From NCBI GenBank assembly GCA_025350045.1, contig JANXYM010000075.1, forward strand, positions 1,039 through 65,038: a DNA stretch of 64,000 bases, given 5' to 3'. The notes beneath the pieces were generated by a model, which was not told where the DNA came from, ran no database searches, and saw nothing but the letters and a program-made list of their open reading frames with translations. The position numbers were made by a program, and so were the translations under genes. Source of the stretch: Methanomicrobiales archaeon (GTDB taxonomy: Archaea; Halobacteriota; Methanomicrobia; Methanomicrobiales; Methanospirillaceae). Positions within the stretch are counted from its first letter, which is position 1; each line of letters starts with the position of its first letter. Positions 49,674 through 61,001 of this stretch are shown here, piece after piece.

Positions 49674-51082
49674 ACTATCCGGTATCCTTCTGCGGGAATC
49701 AGGATCTCAAACCGTGTGCCTTTTTTGGGAGTTCCCGTTTCTCTGATAGTCATATTACTGATTGAACAAATCTCATGGGCAAGGAACAACCCGTTTCCAT
49801 ACCGTTCATCTCTCTGGGTGAAAAGCGATTCTTTGATGCCCGTTTCAATACCTGCACCATCCGTTTCAATAAGTATCGCAGCACCGTTTTCCCTTATATG
49901 GTACGTGATGATGACCGTAGTCACCCCATCAGTGTCTTTTATCGTTGCATCAAAAATATGGAAAAAAACCGCTGGCAGGTGGGGATCGGCAAAGATTTCC
50001 AACCGTTCAGTCCATGATCTGAACGAGACTCCGCCAATACCAAGACGTCCGACAGCATCAAGCACCGTTTCCTGCACTGGAATCCATGTAGGGGGTGATG
50101 TGCCGATATCCTTAAACTCGCGGGATATATCGATCTGGCGCTGGATTCCCTGGGCTGAATCCTTAAGCGCTTCAATAAAGAACAGGACGTCCGGATCATC
50201 GAACTTCATCACACCAATTGAAAGGATCCCGTACAGTCCTGCAAGTTTTCTTGAAATGTCATGGCGCACGATCCCGGCGATGGTATTGAGCCGGCTGCTG
50301 GTATTCTGGAGTGCCGACTCGGTCATAACCTGTTCGGTTATGTCCCGTATCGATTCAATTGCACCGGTGATATTTCCGTTTCCGTCAACAAGTGCGGTTG
50401 CAGCAATCCTCAGATGAATCCCTTTCCCTTCTTTGAAATGAGGGATAAATACCTCAGAAACAAGTTTTTTGCCCTCTTCTTTTATCTGGGGATACCAGGC
50501 TTCCGTTTCAGGATTGGGTGAAAGGATGAGATCTAAAAGGGCGGGACGTTTTATACCGTAAAATGCCACGGAATAAGCATAATCTCCCTTTTTAAGAATC
50601 TCCGCTTTTTTCACGCCCGTCATCTCTTCGACCGCCTGGTTCCAAGCGATCACTTCTCCTTTACGGTTTACAGCGAATGTCGGGTAGGGCAAAAATTCGA
50701 TGATCTCATGAAGCTGCTGCTCAGACTCCCGCAGTTTTGCAGAGAGGAATGAAACTACTCCTCCGATGAGAATAAAAAAGGTCATCCGGAAAAGGGTGGC
50801 TATGATCAGGAGAATATCAAGGGGCAGGATTAGGGCAATCAATGCACCATAGGCAACAGCAATAAGCGTAGAAAAAACAAGACCCCGGCGGGGAAACCAG
50901 TACGCAGCAAGAATAATGGGGATGTAGATTATATGGGAAAGCAGAACCGTGATTCCGGTGATCATACCTATGAGGTTTATTGCCAATGCAATAACTGTCG
51001 CAACCGCAAGAGTAAGAGCTCGCGTACGGGTGAAGAGAGATGAAGAATTGAATAATTGAAACGTCTTCATTTCCGGGGGCAC
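49670..51082 (-). CDS. Membrane PAS-domain histidine kinase-like protein (degenerate ATPase)
   Basis: Four N-terminal TM helices, PAS 'AWNQAVEEMTG', 'RHD' H-box, atypical N-box. Confidence 0.85.
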   Translation of the reverse strand: MPPEMKTFQLFNSSSLFTRTRALTLAVATVIALAINLIGMITGITVLLSHIIYIPIILAAYWFPRRGLVFSTLIAVAYGALIALILPLDILLIIATLFRMTFFILIGGVVSFLSAKLRESEQQLHEIIEFLPYPTFAVNRKGEVIAWNQAVEEMTGVKKAEILKKGDYAYSVAFYGIKRPALLDLILSPNPETEAWYPQIKEEGKKLVSEVFIPHFKEGKGIHLRIAATALVDGNGNITGAIESIRDITEQVMTESALQNTSSRLNTIAGIVRHDISRKLAGLYGILSIGVMKFDDPDVLFFIEALKDSAQGIQRQIDISREFKDIGTSPPTWIPVQETVLDAVGRLGIGGVSFRSWTERLEIFADPHLPAVFFHIFDATIKDTDGVTTVIITYHIRENGAAILIETDGAGIETGIKESLFTQRDERYGNGLFLAHEICSISNMTIRETGTPKKGTRFEILIPAEGYRIV

Positions 51083-51290
51083 CTGCCTTTTTTAAAATTT
51101 ATTCTGAACTTTCCATAAGATTGTCTTTTGTAGTATTAAAAAAATGATTGGAGGATCATTGACCCGGTAATCCATGAATCAAACTAAAATATCATGTGCC
51201 AGTACAATGCTCATTCCTGATTTTTTCACATTCTTACCCGTACAAATCTTACCCCCGCAACACAGACCTGCATCCGAGGGGTATTTACGT

Positions 51291-52610
51291 TCATTCCGAA
51301 GTTCGGATGGTGGCCCGCGGACAGGTAATTTCGAACCGTGCTCCCTTATAGTGTGCACCGGTCTCTTTTATCGCGATACCAGTGATATTGAGAATCTCCC
51401 GGGAAAGGAAAAGCCCCAGACCGGTATTTTTCCCAAATCCGTAGGTAAAAATCTTCTCCTTTTCATCATCTGATACTCCATTGCCGTCATCCTCGCAGAT
51501 GATCGTGCAGGTATCGTTTTTACATCCATAACTGAAACGGATGGTAGTCATTGATGTACCCCCGTACCGCACGGCATTTTCGACCAGATTGGAAAAGACT
51601 TTCTCGATTAACGGATCGGCATACAGTTCTATCTCTGCAGGAATTGCATTATCCAGTTTCACCGAGCCAAGTGAGGTGTGTTTTAAGGAATTGTCTATCA
51701 GCGTACGGACACTCTGCCAGACCGCCGACTTGATGCCGACTTTCTGGTAATCCCCGGTAAACCGGACCGTGTTGACCGTCTGGTTGACAATTCCATCTGC
51801 AGTGATGATATGATTCCAGGCTTTTTCAGGTTCCGCATTTTTTGTCAGGAGTGCAAGTTCAATGTACTCATGAAGTGCCATGAGCTGGTTGAGAAGATCG
51901 TGCCTAGTGATACTTGCCATCAGCTGGAGTTTTTTGTTAGCTTTTTCCAGTGCATCTTCAACCTTTCTTCGTTCGGCATTCTCTTTGAACAGATCATCAT
52001 TTGCCCGCTCAAGTTTTTCTACCGTAACCTGCAGCTCCTCATTCACCGCATTGAGACGTTCATGGGTTTCGAGCAGCTCAGTATTTTTCTTAACTGCCAG
52101 ATCATACGTGGATAGCAGGATAGTGAGGATCTGCAGCCGGCCGGCAGTGATGGTATGGTTGCTGTTTGCAAATGAAACCTCAATACCCGTTCCTGATCGA
52201 CTGTCCGGATCCGGCCGGGAGAGTGTCTGGAGGACACTGTGAATACGGGAATTGACGTATTGGGGCTCAAAAGGTTTGATGATGAAGTTGTCGGCACCTG
52301 CTTCAAGACCTTTGATCACATCTACAGGGTCGAAGAGTTGGGTGACGAGAATCACCGGAATTGAGGCAATTGCGGAGTCAGAGCGGATACTGCGGCAGAG
52401 TTCATATCCGTCCATCTCCGGCATGATAATATCCGATAGTACCAAGTCAGGGCGATCGATTTTTATCTGTTCCAATGCTTCAAGGCCATTTGCTGCAAGG
52501 ACCACCCGGTATCCTTCATTTTCAAGAATGTGGCGCAGATATTCTGCCTGAGTCCTGCTATCCTCTACCACGAGTAGTTTCATGGGGTTTTTTGGTATTG
52601 TGCCGTTCAT
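51291..52610 (-). CDS. Hybrid response regulator/histidine kinase (REC-HisKA-HATPase)
   Basis: 'VVEDS', 'SDIIMPEMDG', 'RHDLLNQL', 'NLVENA', 'DDGNG', 'TGLGL'. Confidence 0.93.
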   Translation of the reverse strand: MNGTIPKNPMKLLVVEDSRTQAEYLRHILENEGYRVVLAANGLEALEQIKIDRPDLVLSDIIMPEMDGYELCRSIRSDSAIASIPVILVTQLFDPVDVIKGLEAGADNFIIKPFEPQYVNSRIHSVLQTLSRPDPDSRSGTGIEVSFANSNHTITAGRLQILTILLSTYDLAVKKNTELLETHERLNAVNEELQVTVEKLERANDDLFKENAERRKVEDALEKANKKLQLMASITRHDLLNQLMALHEYIELALLTKNAEPEKAWNHIITADGIVNQTVNTVRFTGDYQKVGIKSAVWQSVRTLIDNSLKHTSLGSVKLDNAIPAEIELYADPLIEKVFSNLVENAVRYGGTSMTTIRFSYGCKNDTCTIICEDDGNGVSDDEKEKIFTYGFGKNTGLGLFLSREILNITGIAIKETGAHYKGARFEITCPRATIRTSE

Positions 52611-52652
52611 AGGAATGAGACCTCCATCCTCAGGGTATCATTTCTCTTCATT

Positions 52653-55069
52653 TCAGGAATCTCCTTGGAGCAGTTCATGAATTACGGATAAAAAACGCTC
52701 CTTTTCAAAACCACTTTTCTCCATGTAAATATCAGCCCCGACTGCAATACCATGTGCCCGGTCTTCCTTGGTATCAAGTGCAGTAACCAGAACTACCGGC
52801 AACCGGGCAAGCCGGGTATCCGCACGGATTTTTTCTGTGAGTGTAAATCCATTCATGCGCGGCATATCCACATCAGACACGACCATATCGAACTTATCAT
52901 CCTTAAGCATTGCGAATGCCTCCATGCCATCACGTGCGGTCATCACCTCGTGACCTCCCTGTTCAAGGATATTGCCAGGAACGTCCTTGAAGTGACAGAG
53001 TCCTCGACTATGAGAATTTTACCTGAAAGTGAAGGGAAATGGTCAGGATATGACAGGGAATGGTCGGTTTTGATCGCTTCCTGGATGAGTTCAATCGGGT
53101 CCAGTACAATGGCGACTGTGCCGTCGCCAAGAATCGCAGCTCCGGTGATGCGTTTTACCCTGCGCAGCTGGCTTCCCAGCGGTCGTACGACAATCTCCTG
53201 GACCTGTAACACCTCATCTACCATGCAGGCAATCTGCCCGGCTCCATAAGCAATAATAATAATAATAATGGGAACCGGTAATAATTTTTCAGAAGTGTGC
53301 TGATATTTGCTTATTCCAAGAGCATCGGTGAGACGGATGATGCTTATAATCTCTCCGTTGAGGGTCAATGCCGGCCGGTTGTCATGGAAGATGACTGCAT
53401 CCGGCTTTGATCTGAAGACCTGCCGGACCTGCTGCATGGGAAGAACATACTTGTGACTTCCTGATCGAACAACGACTCCACGGAATGTTGCAAGCCTTAC
53501 CGGCACTCTCATGATGATGCTGGTTCCTTTCCGCAGTTGCGATGTGAGGATCACACTCCCTCCAAGACGTGTCACCGTATCTTCAACAATTGCAAGACCA
53601 AGACCTCTTCCTGATATATCCGTGACATCAGGTTTTACGGAGAGTCTGGATCGGAAGATAAGCCACATTGCCTCCTCATCGGTCAGTTTTCCGGCCTCCC
53701 GTAATGTGATTATTCCGTTTTCCACTGCTGCATCCCGCACCTTCTTGCAGTCAATTCCCGCACCATCGTCGGATACTTCAATGCCAACTTTGCTTCCCGA
53801 TACGGGGACTATACGGATACGGACGATACCTCGCTGAGGTTTGTGCTGTTCCTCTCTGATATCGGGATATTCAATCCCATGATCGATACTGTTATTGATC
53901 AGGTGCATCAGGGGATCTTTGAGCGATTCGAGAATACGACGGTCCATCTCAATCTCTTCACCTTCTATGATGAGATCGACTCGTTTTCCCGTACTGCGTG
54001 AATATTCCCGCACGAATCCAGAAAATGGCAACAGAATATCGGCAATTGGCACCAGTACCGCATCATGGATCAGATCAGAAATTTCCGAGGTGCTCGTCTC
54101 GAGTGCTGACCGGTCTAGTTCTGTTGCACGGATGTGGGCCCCCAGATCGTGCCTGAGATATGTCATAAATTCCCGGTCATATTCCAGGAACTCGAGCATA
54201 TGACGGAGCGGGACAACAAGATCGGGAGGAAGTGTCGTTTTTTTGGTACCGGCGATTGCCTCACGGAGCAGGTAGAGATCGGATGAGACCAAAGCGTGGT
54301 TCCAGCGCCATTGGGCAAACCGGGTCATCATCTCTTCAAGTTCCCGCATACGGTGAGTGATGAAGAGCCGGGTGGTAAGGAGATCATCAGAGCCTGCAAT
54401 CAGTCGGTCGAGTTTATGTGCAGCAATCCTTACGGTGGCACTGCTACCGGTTCCCGGATACTGCCCTTCTTTCTGGATGGGTGGCCGGGCCAGTATCGAT
54501 TCTGAAGCCAATGGCTTGGTTTTATCCGAAGTACTTCCCGGAAAAGTGTCACTTACCCGGGTCCTATCCCTATGTGGGCCGGGTGAATCTACAACACGGA
54601 TTACGGGAGAAGTACTGAGGGAAGTGACATCAGGATTTCTTTGGTGGGTATCCGGATCGTACCCCGTACTCTTTTTTGGTGCAATCAATCCTCTTATCAT
54701 TTGTATGACTTCAGAAGAGCTGGGTTGTTGAGCCTGTGCCCCCTGCAGCTGTATCCGGATTACTTTTACGGCATTATGGAAGATATCAAACGCATCGGCA
54801 TCGGGGCAATATCCTCCATTCTTGATGGCTGCAAATACATTTTCAAGATTCTGGCAAACCAGTTCTATCTCTTTTAAGCTGACCGCCCGTGCAGCTCCCT
54901 TGAGGCTGTGAATCGTTCGAAAAACCCTCTCGGTCACATGGGGGGAGATTTCCGGCCCGGTCTTTTCCAGCTCAAGAAGCCCATTGGTAATGGTGTTTAC
55001 GTATTCCTCTGCCTCTTCCCTGAATGTGGCAAGGAGTTTTTTTTGAAATTCATCGTCCGGACCGGTCAT
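52653..55069 (-). pseudogene. cheA: CheA-REC hybrid kinase (WspE-like) split by a 1-nt frameshift in the REC domain
   Basis: Hpt 'IHSLKGAA', 'HLINNSIDHGIE', 'SGRGLGL', CheW domain; REC begins 'ILIVEDS' and continues in another frame as 'NILEQGGHEVMTARDG...SDVDMPRMNG'. Confidence 0.88.
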
Positions 55070-55080
55070 AAGCAGTGAGA

Positions 55081-57465
55081 TCAGACGTGGTACTGAACGG
55101 TGAGTTTCTTTAAGCGCACGCCGAGTTCATGCAGATCTTCTGCGGTCTTTTCTGCCTTCCGGGTAATCTCGAGATTTTTCTGTGCAGCATCCCGTATCTT
55201 TTCCATGGCGAGCGAGATCTGGTCGACACCGGCAGCCTGTTCCTGGATGGATGAGGTAATTTCTATGGCTTCACGCGAAGAGTCAGCGATCGAACGGGTA
55301 AGGACCTCGATTGCTTCGCGTGCATCGGAAGTCAGCCTGACTGCGTCCGCAACGGACCGGGTTCCCTGCTCAGTAGATACCACTGTTGAAGAGACACCCC
55401 GCTGGATATCCGTCAGAATAGTGCGGATGTTTGCTGTTGCCTGTTTTGACTGTTCGGCAAGGTTATGGATCTCATGGGCGACTACAGCAAATCCTTTCCC
55501 AAAATCCCCGGCCTTTGCTGCTTCAATAGATGCGTTGACTGCAAGAAGGTTGGACTGTTCTGAAATATCCGTCACCGTTGCAATAATCTCCCCAATAGCC
55601 TGGCTCTGTTCAGAGAGCTTGATCACACTCATACCGATCGTGTCCATCTGCCGCTGGATATGGTTCATCCCATCGAGAATCTCCTGCACGGATTTCTGCC
55701 CCTCTCCTGATACGGTGATGGCTTTCATAGCTTTTTCCGATACGGATTTTGACTTGAGAATCACAATGTCGGTCTTTTTCCTTACGCCTTCTACGGTATC
55801 TGAAGTGTCATTGACCGTACTAGCTGTTTGTGAACTGGCATTTGCGAGCTGGGTGGTAACGACCAGGATCTCGCTTGAGGCCGATGAAAGAACAGAAACC
55901 CCTTCGTAGAGTTCTTCGTTGATCAGCTTCATTAAGCGCTGAAGCTCGATACCTATCGTGTTGAGTGCATCCCGGTAGGCAACAAATTCACCGGCAACCG
56001 GGATCTTCTCATCAAACCTTGCGGTAAAGTCACCGGATGCATAGAACCTTGCAAGGCGCATAGCCTCGTTCACCGGCTCGGTAATTGTTTCAAGGGTCTT
56101 GTTGAACCCGGCGATGATCATCCTGTACCCGCCCCGGAATGCATTTTCATTCCCGCGAACGGAAAGGTCTCCTGCCCGGGCTGCATCTGTGAGTTTGATC
56201 GTTTCTTTATGCAGGTGATCCAAGGACTCCACCATCATCCGGAGGGCAGGCCGGATCTCGTCGCGGTCATCGACCGGTTCTGCAAAAGCCTCTATGTAAT
56301 CGCCCTTGGCAATCTTTTTGATATTTCCTACAACGTTTGTCTGGAGATCATCGGCAAATTCATCCATGGTGGCCGCCATGATCCCGATCTCATCCTCCCT
56401 TCGGATATTGAGACGCACGGAAAGGTGGCCGTTCCTGAGTTCCTTGATCATGACCACTACCGATTGCAGAGGTCCGGATATGGAGCGGCCAAAGAGAATC
56501 GCAATGGTTGCACCAATGGCCATTGATGCAATCATCAGGGCGAAGATGGTGTTTCGTATGGTATCTATTGGCCCGGTAAAGTCCGAGAGTTCAGCGCGGG
56601 ATACAATATACCAGTCAAGCGGTTCATAGTACGTGTAGGCATCAAGGACTTCGGTGCCGTCAACTTCATGGGGGATTGCACCTTCCTTGTTCTTAAACAT
56701 CTGCTTTATATAATCTTTATCTGCCCAGTTCTGTCCCTGAGCGCTTGGATGGACCAGTACATTTCCTGCACTGTCAATGACGTACATGTACCCATTTTTC
56801 CCCACAACGGTCTCGCGTATGCTCTTTTTGACCACATCGAGGGTTTGTCCTTCTTCCGTTCCCACGAACAGAACGCCAATGATCTTTCCGCTGGGATCTT
56901 TGATCGGTTCATAGGCAGTAACGTAGTTTTTCCCGAACAGGTCACGTCTTCCGTAATAGGTTACGCCATCGTTCACGGTAACTTTATACACATCGTCAGT
57001 CAGGCGGGTTCCGACAGCACGCTTTCCATTGGTGTCCAGAACATTGGTCGAGATGCGAACCGCGTAACTGTTGTTGTAAACCTGGAACACCGTAGCAGCC
57101 CCCCCGACCATTGCCTGCACCTGGTCAACCGTCTCAAAGTTGTCATTGACCACGTAACGGTTGCCTCTGCTGTCGATCAGGGTCATTTTGTCGTTAATGA
57201 CTTCAGGTATCCCCTTGCCGTAGAAATTCTGTTTTGCCACATTGAGGTCACTGTTGACCTTATTTCTCGTCAGCTTGTAGACATCATTGGTCCACCCTTT
57301 CATATCCTTAGTCTGTGTTTCTAACAAGGCCTGGGTCTGTTCACTGATAACGCTGCTTGAGCTGGTATACGCGACCAGTCCGAGTAACAGTGTCGGAATG
57401 ATTGCCAAAAAAAGACAGATGACGAGAATCTTGGTCCCGACTTTCATGTTGGAGAAAAACTGCAT
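55081..57465 (-). CDS. Methyl-accepting chemotaxis protein with Cache sensor domains (WspA-like)
   Basis: Two TM helices, Cache region, HAMP, '[27 protein letters not shown]'; start trimmed to ATG 57465. Confidence 0.95.
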   Translation of the reverse strand: MQFFSNMKVGTKILVICLFLAIIPTLLLGLVAYTSSSSVISEQTQALLETQTKDMKGWTNDVYKLTRNKVNSDLNVAKQNFYGKGIPEVINDKMTLIDSRGNRYVVNDNFETVDQVQAMVGGAATVFQVYNNSYAVRISTNVLDTNGKRAVGTRLTDDVYKVTVNDGVTYYGRRDLFGKNYVTAYEPIKDPSGKIIGVLFVGTEEGQTLDVVKKSIRETVVGKNGYMYVIDSAGNVLVHPSAQGQNWADKDYIKQMFKNKEGAIPHEVDGTEVLDAYTYYEPLDWYIVSRAELSDFTGPIDTIRNTIFALMIASMAIGATIAILFGRSISGPLQSVVVMIKELRNGHLSVRLNIRREDEIGIMAATMDEFADDLQTNVVGNIKKIAKGDYIEAFAEPVDDRDEIRPALRMMVESLDHLHKETIKLTDAARAGDLSVRGNENAFRGGYRMIIAGFNKTLETITEPVNEAMRLARFYASGDFTARFDEKIPVAGEFVAYRDALNTIGIELQRLMKLINEELYEGVSVLSSASSEILVVTTQLANASSQTASTVNDTSDTVEGVRKKTDIVILKSKSVSEKAMKAITVSGEGQKSVQEILDGMNHIQRQMDTIGMSVIKLSEQSQAIGEIIATVTDISEQSNLLAVNASIEAAKAGDFGKGFAVVAHEIHNLAEQSKQATANIRTILTDIQRGVSSTVVSTEQGTRSVADAVRLTSDAREAIEVLTRSIADSSREAIEITSSIQEQAAGVDQISLAMEKIRDAAQKNLEITRKAEKTAEDLHELGVRLKKLTVQYHV

Positions 57466-57618
57466 ACTATCCTGTGCCCTTCCAGTACCCATTCACATTC
57501 TGGTAATCAATAGACTGATTCCATATTGTTTAATATTACTGATATTAACTACAGGGACCATGGCCAGTTTTATTGCAGCAGATCGGGAAAATCAGTATGA
57601 ATGGTTCAACAGGGTGGT

Positions 57619-58608
57619 TCAGGATACGGTCTCATCGATAAGCATACGGGGATCGGCAAGAAGCGCTGCCCCATCCAGTACAACAATTCCATCGACAACT
57701 CCTAATTGGTAAGGGACTTCCCCTCCGGATGGGGCCGGTGCTGGTGCAGCGGGACTACTGGCCGGGATGGTAGCAATACCGGTGATATAATCCGCAAGAA
57801 TGCCAAAGGTCATTGTTCCGTCAGTGATCACAATGACCCGGTTTAAATCCGTAAGACCTCTTCCGCTGATGGAGAAGAGCGCACGGAGATCCACGAGAGA
57901 GACTATCTCTCCGCGGATTGCGCAGATACCGGAGATGTATTCTGGTGTTCCGGGAACCGGGGTGATCCCACCGGTAAGAACCACTTCCCGTATGAATTTC
58001 ATGCCAATGGCATATTCCTGGTAGGCAAGCCGGAATTTCAGGACCTCGATCCGGACAATACCCTTCGATCTGGCTGCCGGTTGAGAGAGTTTTTGTGCCC
58101 GCTCTGCGAGGATTGTAGAAACCCTCTCTTTTTCCGGGATCTCATTTTCCTCACAGGGAATAACCTTTATGGCGCTGAGTACAGCACGAATCTGTTGCGA
58201 ATTGCTGTTCTTTAAAAAACCCGCCAGATCGCGGATGATGACCAGCCCCTCGGCTGTAATGCTTACCCCCTGTACGACAGGTTCATCTTCCCGTACGGAA
58301 GCGTCTTCGAGAGGAAGAGTGGTATCCGGACTGATGCCGGAGGTATGATCGACCCAGAGGGCAACGCAGTCATCTCCTGACTTTGTTACAATCAGGACAT
58401 CCGAAAGGCGGGGATTTCTGTCAGGAAACCCGAGATGTGTCCGTACCTGGTAGACAGGAACCGTTCTGCCGTGCAGATCGATAACTCCAACGGTCCCGAA
58501 TTCACCTTTGGATTGTGGAGTTACACGGACCATCCTCTCGACAAATACGGTCTTTCCAACGATGATGGCACAGGATACCCCTTCAACTGAAAACTGCAAC
58601 AGGGTCAT
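57619..58608 (-). CDS. cheW: Tandem CheW-CheW protein
   Basis: Two CheW repeats: 'GVIDLHGRTVPV' and 'TPVPGTPEYISGICAIRGEIVSLVDL'. Confidence 0.9.
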   Translation of the reverse strand: MTLLQFSVEGVSCAIIVGKTVFVERMVRVTPQSKGEFGTVGVIDLHGRTVPVYQVRTHLGFPDRNPRLSDVLIVTKSGDDCVALWVDHTSGISPDTTLPLEDASVREDEPVVQGVSITAEGLVIIRDLAGFLKNSNSQQIRAVLSAIKVIPCEENEIPEKERVSTILAERAQKLSQPAARSKGIVRIEVLKFRLAYQEYAIGMKFIREVVLTGGITPVPGTPEYISGICAIRGEIVSLVDLRALFSISGRGLTDLNRVIVITDGTMTFGILADYITGIATIPASSPAAPAPAPSGGEVPYQLGVVDGIVVLDGAALLADPRMLIDETVS

Positions 58609-58864
58609 CGTACCTCTTCACCTTGATAATCCCTCATTGGTGCTGATGTGATAAAAAGTATAGAGGAATGGATGCCTGCAAATGATCCCGTCAAAACGCG
58701 GAAGATACATCCAGAACCGGAATGATTGTTTTCATGTTGTCGTATTCAAAGACAAAATAGTTATGGGGAAGATATTCGATAATCTCAATCCGCTCGACCC
58801 TTTACGGAATGATCATCTTATGAAAAGATTCCACAACCTGTATGGCCCAGGATAAAAAAATGAA

Positions 58865-58936
58865 TGGACTGGGCGGGAATTGAACCCGCGGCCTCTCCCA
58901 TGCCAAGGGAGCGATCTACCACTGATCTACCAGCCC
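58865..58936 (-). tRNA. tRNA-Ala(GGC)
   Basis: Acceptor GGGCTGG/CCAGTCC+A, anticodon stem CTCCC/GGGAG with loop TTGGCAT, T-loop TTCAATT. Confidence 0.95.
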
Positions 58937-59023
58937 GCTTCCCAATTAGTAGGATGCCATAGGTTAAAAGAATTGGGCTTTGGAACGGCGGGAGATAAAA
59001 TGAAAAAGATATCGGAATAACAA

Positions 59024-60154
59024 TTATTTTTCCGATGCACCCGGAGATTTGAGCCAGGTGAGCAACTTTAACCGGGCATTTGTCATATCCGATCGCTTTG
59101 TTATTGTACCGTCTTTTATAACCTGTTCAATCAGCGGAATTGCACCACAGGGCATTTTGCTTGCCACTGGCAGCACCGTGCGCTTGCCTGATGATAGTTC
59201 ATACACCTGTTTCACACCGCTCCGCTTGCCCCTTTTTGCCTTTGCTTCTCCTTCAATCTCCACGATATCGAGTGCAAAGTCAATAACGGGTGCATTTGCG
59301 ATCGTACCCCCGATCCCGAATGCATCCACGATATCACGGTACTCGATCACTTCTTCTCGGGTAACTCCGCCCGATAAGAATATTTTCACAAAACAGTAGC
59401 CGTGAGTATCCAGTTCCCAGCGCACCTCTTCGATGATTGTGCGCATGTTTCCCCTGCGTGAGCGGGGGGTATCCAACCGGACAGCGGTTGCACCACAGGC
59501 TGCTGCCCGGAGCGATTCGGACTTTTCATCGCAGTAGGTGTCGGAGAGCATAATCCGGGGAATATCTTCAGGGGCATGCTTGGCAAATGATCGCCATGCA
59601 TCCTCCGGCGTATCATAACACATCACAAAGGCGTGAGGCATTGTTCCGACTACCGGCATCCCCTCCGGTGCACAGGTATTCGAGACCCCGTCCACACCGC
59701 CGATCCATGCCGCACGCTCTATCATGCGGGCGATAGAGGGGTGCTGCCGGCGCGAGCCAAATGAATAGACAGGACGGTGATTGGCAGCAAGCTTGACGTG
59801 GGCAGCAGCAGTTGCAATGCCGGAGGCGTGGCAGAGAAAACCGAGGATGGCTGTCTCGTAGCGACAGAAGTCACGATACTTACCGGATATTCGCAGCACC
59901 GGTTCATTTTTGTAAAAGACAGTACCTTCCGGAAGTGCATCCACGGTTACCGGTACTCCTTCGAGAAGTGTGATCACATCGGAAAGGCCGCAGAACGTTG
60001 CCCATGTATCAGGAAGTGAAGATGCTGTCACTTCCATGACAACCTGTGGATTTATCCCCTCCGCCAGGAGCGTCTCTTCCGTGCGCTCAAAGTAGATGTC
60101 CGTGCATTCCCCACGCCGGATCGTATCATCGCTGACCGTATCGAACATGCCCAT
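59024..60154 (-). CDS. pncB: Nicotinate phosphoribosyltransferase
   Basis: 'TDIYF', 'FGSRR', 'GTMPH', 'VRLDTP', 'LSGG'; start trimmed to ATG 60154. Confidence 0.9.
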   Translation of the reverse strand: MGMFDTVSDDTIRRGECTDIYFERTEETLLAEGINPQVVMEVTASSLPDTWATFCGLSDVITLLEGVPVTVDALPEGTVFYKNEPVLRISGKYRDFCRYETAILGFLCHASGIATAAAHVKLAANHRPVYSFGSRRQHPSIARMIERAAWIGGVDGVSNTCAPEGMPVVGTMPHAFVMCYDTPEDAWRSFAKHAPEDIPRIMLSDTYCDEKSESLRAAACGATAVRLDTPRSRRGNMRTIIEEVRWELDTHGYCFVKIFLSGGVTREEVIEYRDIVDAFGIGGTIANAPVIDFALDIVEIEGEAKAKRGKRSGVKQVYELSSGKRTVLPVASKMPCGAIPLIEQVIKDGTITKRSDMTNARLKLLTWLKSPGASEK

Positions 60155-60323
60155 ACCAGATGATAGTGCGTTTAAGGAATTTACGCTTGCGGAATAATTT
60201 TTTTTAAATTCGCTAAATATTAGTGCCTCCCGCGACAATTACTCTCAAGCGCAGGTATCGCATGCAGTCTGTATCGAGCACATTTGCGGGTAAACGGTCC
60301 CCCCGGGACGGAGGACGGAGCTG

Positions 60324-60995
60324 ATGCTGGGGATTCTCGGGGGCACAAGCCTCCTGTTTTCTGAGTTGCCTGAGCTCCGGAAACGGCAGGTACACACCCC
60401 GTTTGGCAACGCCGAACTTCTCTGCGGGGATATCGTGATGCTGATGCGTCACCAGCAGGATCTTCCCCCGCACAGGATCAATTACCGGGCGAATCTGGCC
60501 GCGCTCGCGATCGAAGGCGTGGACCGGATTGTTGCATTTGGTTCTTCGGGTTCGCTGAACCGGGAGATAACCCCCGGATCCCTTGTCATCCCGACCGATT
60601 ACGTGAGCATGACCGATATCCCCTCGATCCATGACCATGCGATCGAACATGTGCTTCCTGTATTGTCTGAGGTTCTTTCAAAAAATCTCGCAGCCCACAT
60701 ACCTGAAGCCCGGCACGGTGGAGTGTACGTGCAGACAAAAGGCCCCCGTTTTGAGACGGTTGCCGAGATACTGGCTCTTTCCCGGGTAGCCGATCTCGTA
60801 GGGATGACCATCGCATCCGAGGCCACCCTTGCCTGCGAACTGGGTATGGATTTTGCTGCACTCTGCATGGTGGACAACTATGCAAACGGTCTGGCCGATA
60901 GGACATTGACCTTTGACGAAATTCTCGAGATCTCGCGGTCATACCGGCACCGCACCGCAGAACTGGTAAACACGATAATCAAAAATATGGCATGA
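60324..60995 (+). CDS. mtnP: MTAP-family purine nucleoside phosphorylase (methylthioadenosine/methylthioinosine)
   Basis: 'GILGGT', 'PPHRINYRAN', 'GPRFETVAE', 'VGMT', 'VDNYA'. Confidence 0.85.
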   Translation: MLGILGGTSLLFSELPELRKRQVHTPFGNAELLCGDIVMLMRHQQDLPPHRINYRANLAALAIEGVDRIVAFGSSGSLNREITPGSLVIPTDYVSMTDIPSIHDHAIEHVLPVLSEVLSKNLAAHIPEARHGGVYVQTKGPRFETVAEILALSRVADLVGMTIASEATLACELGMDFAALCMVDNYANGLADRTLTFDEILEISRSYRHRTAELVNTIIKNMA

Positions 60996-61001
60996 GGCCG
61001 G

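Noticed and set aside
58763-58855. 30-codon ORF MGKIFDNLNP... next to tRNA-Ala
   Set aside because: Too short, with no RBS or motif support.
49143-58936. Integrative island anchored at tRNA-Ala carrying the chemosensory cluster
   Set aside because: No integrase, no repeat of the tRNA 3' end spotted by eye, and no obvious compositional break.
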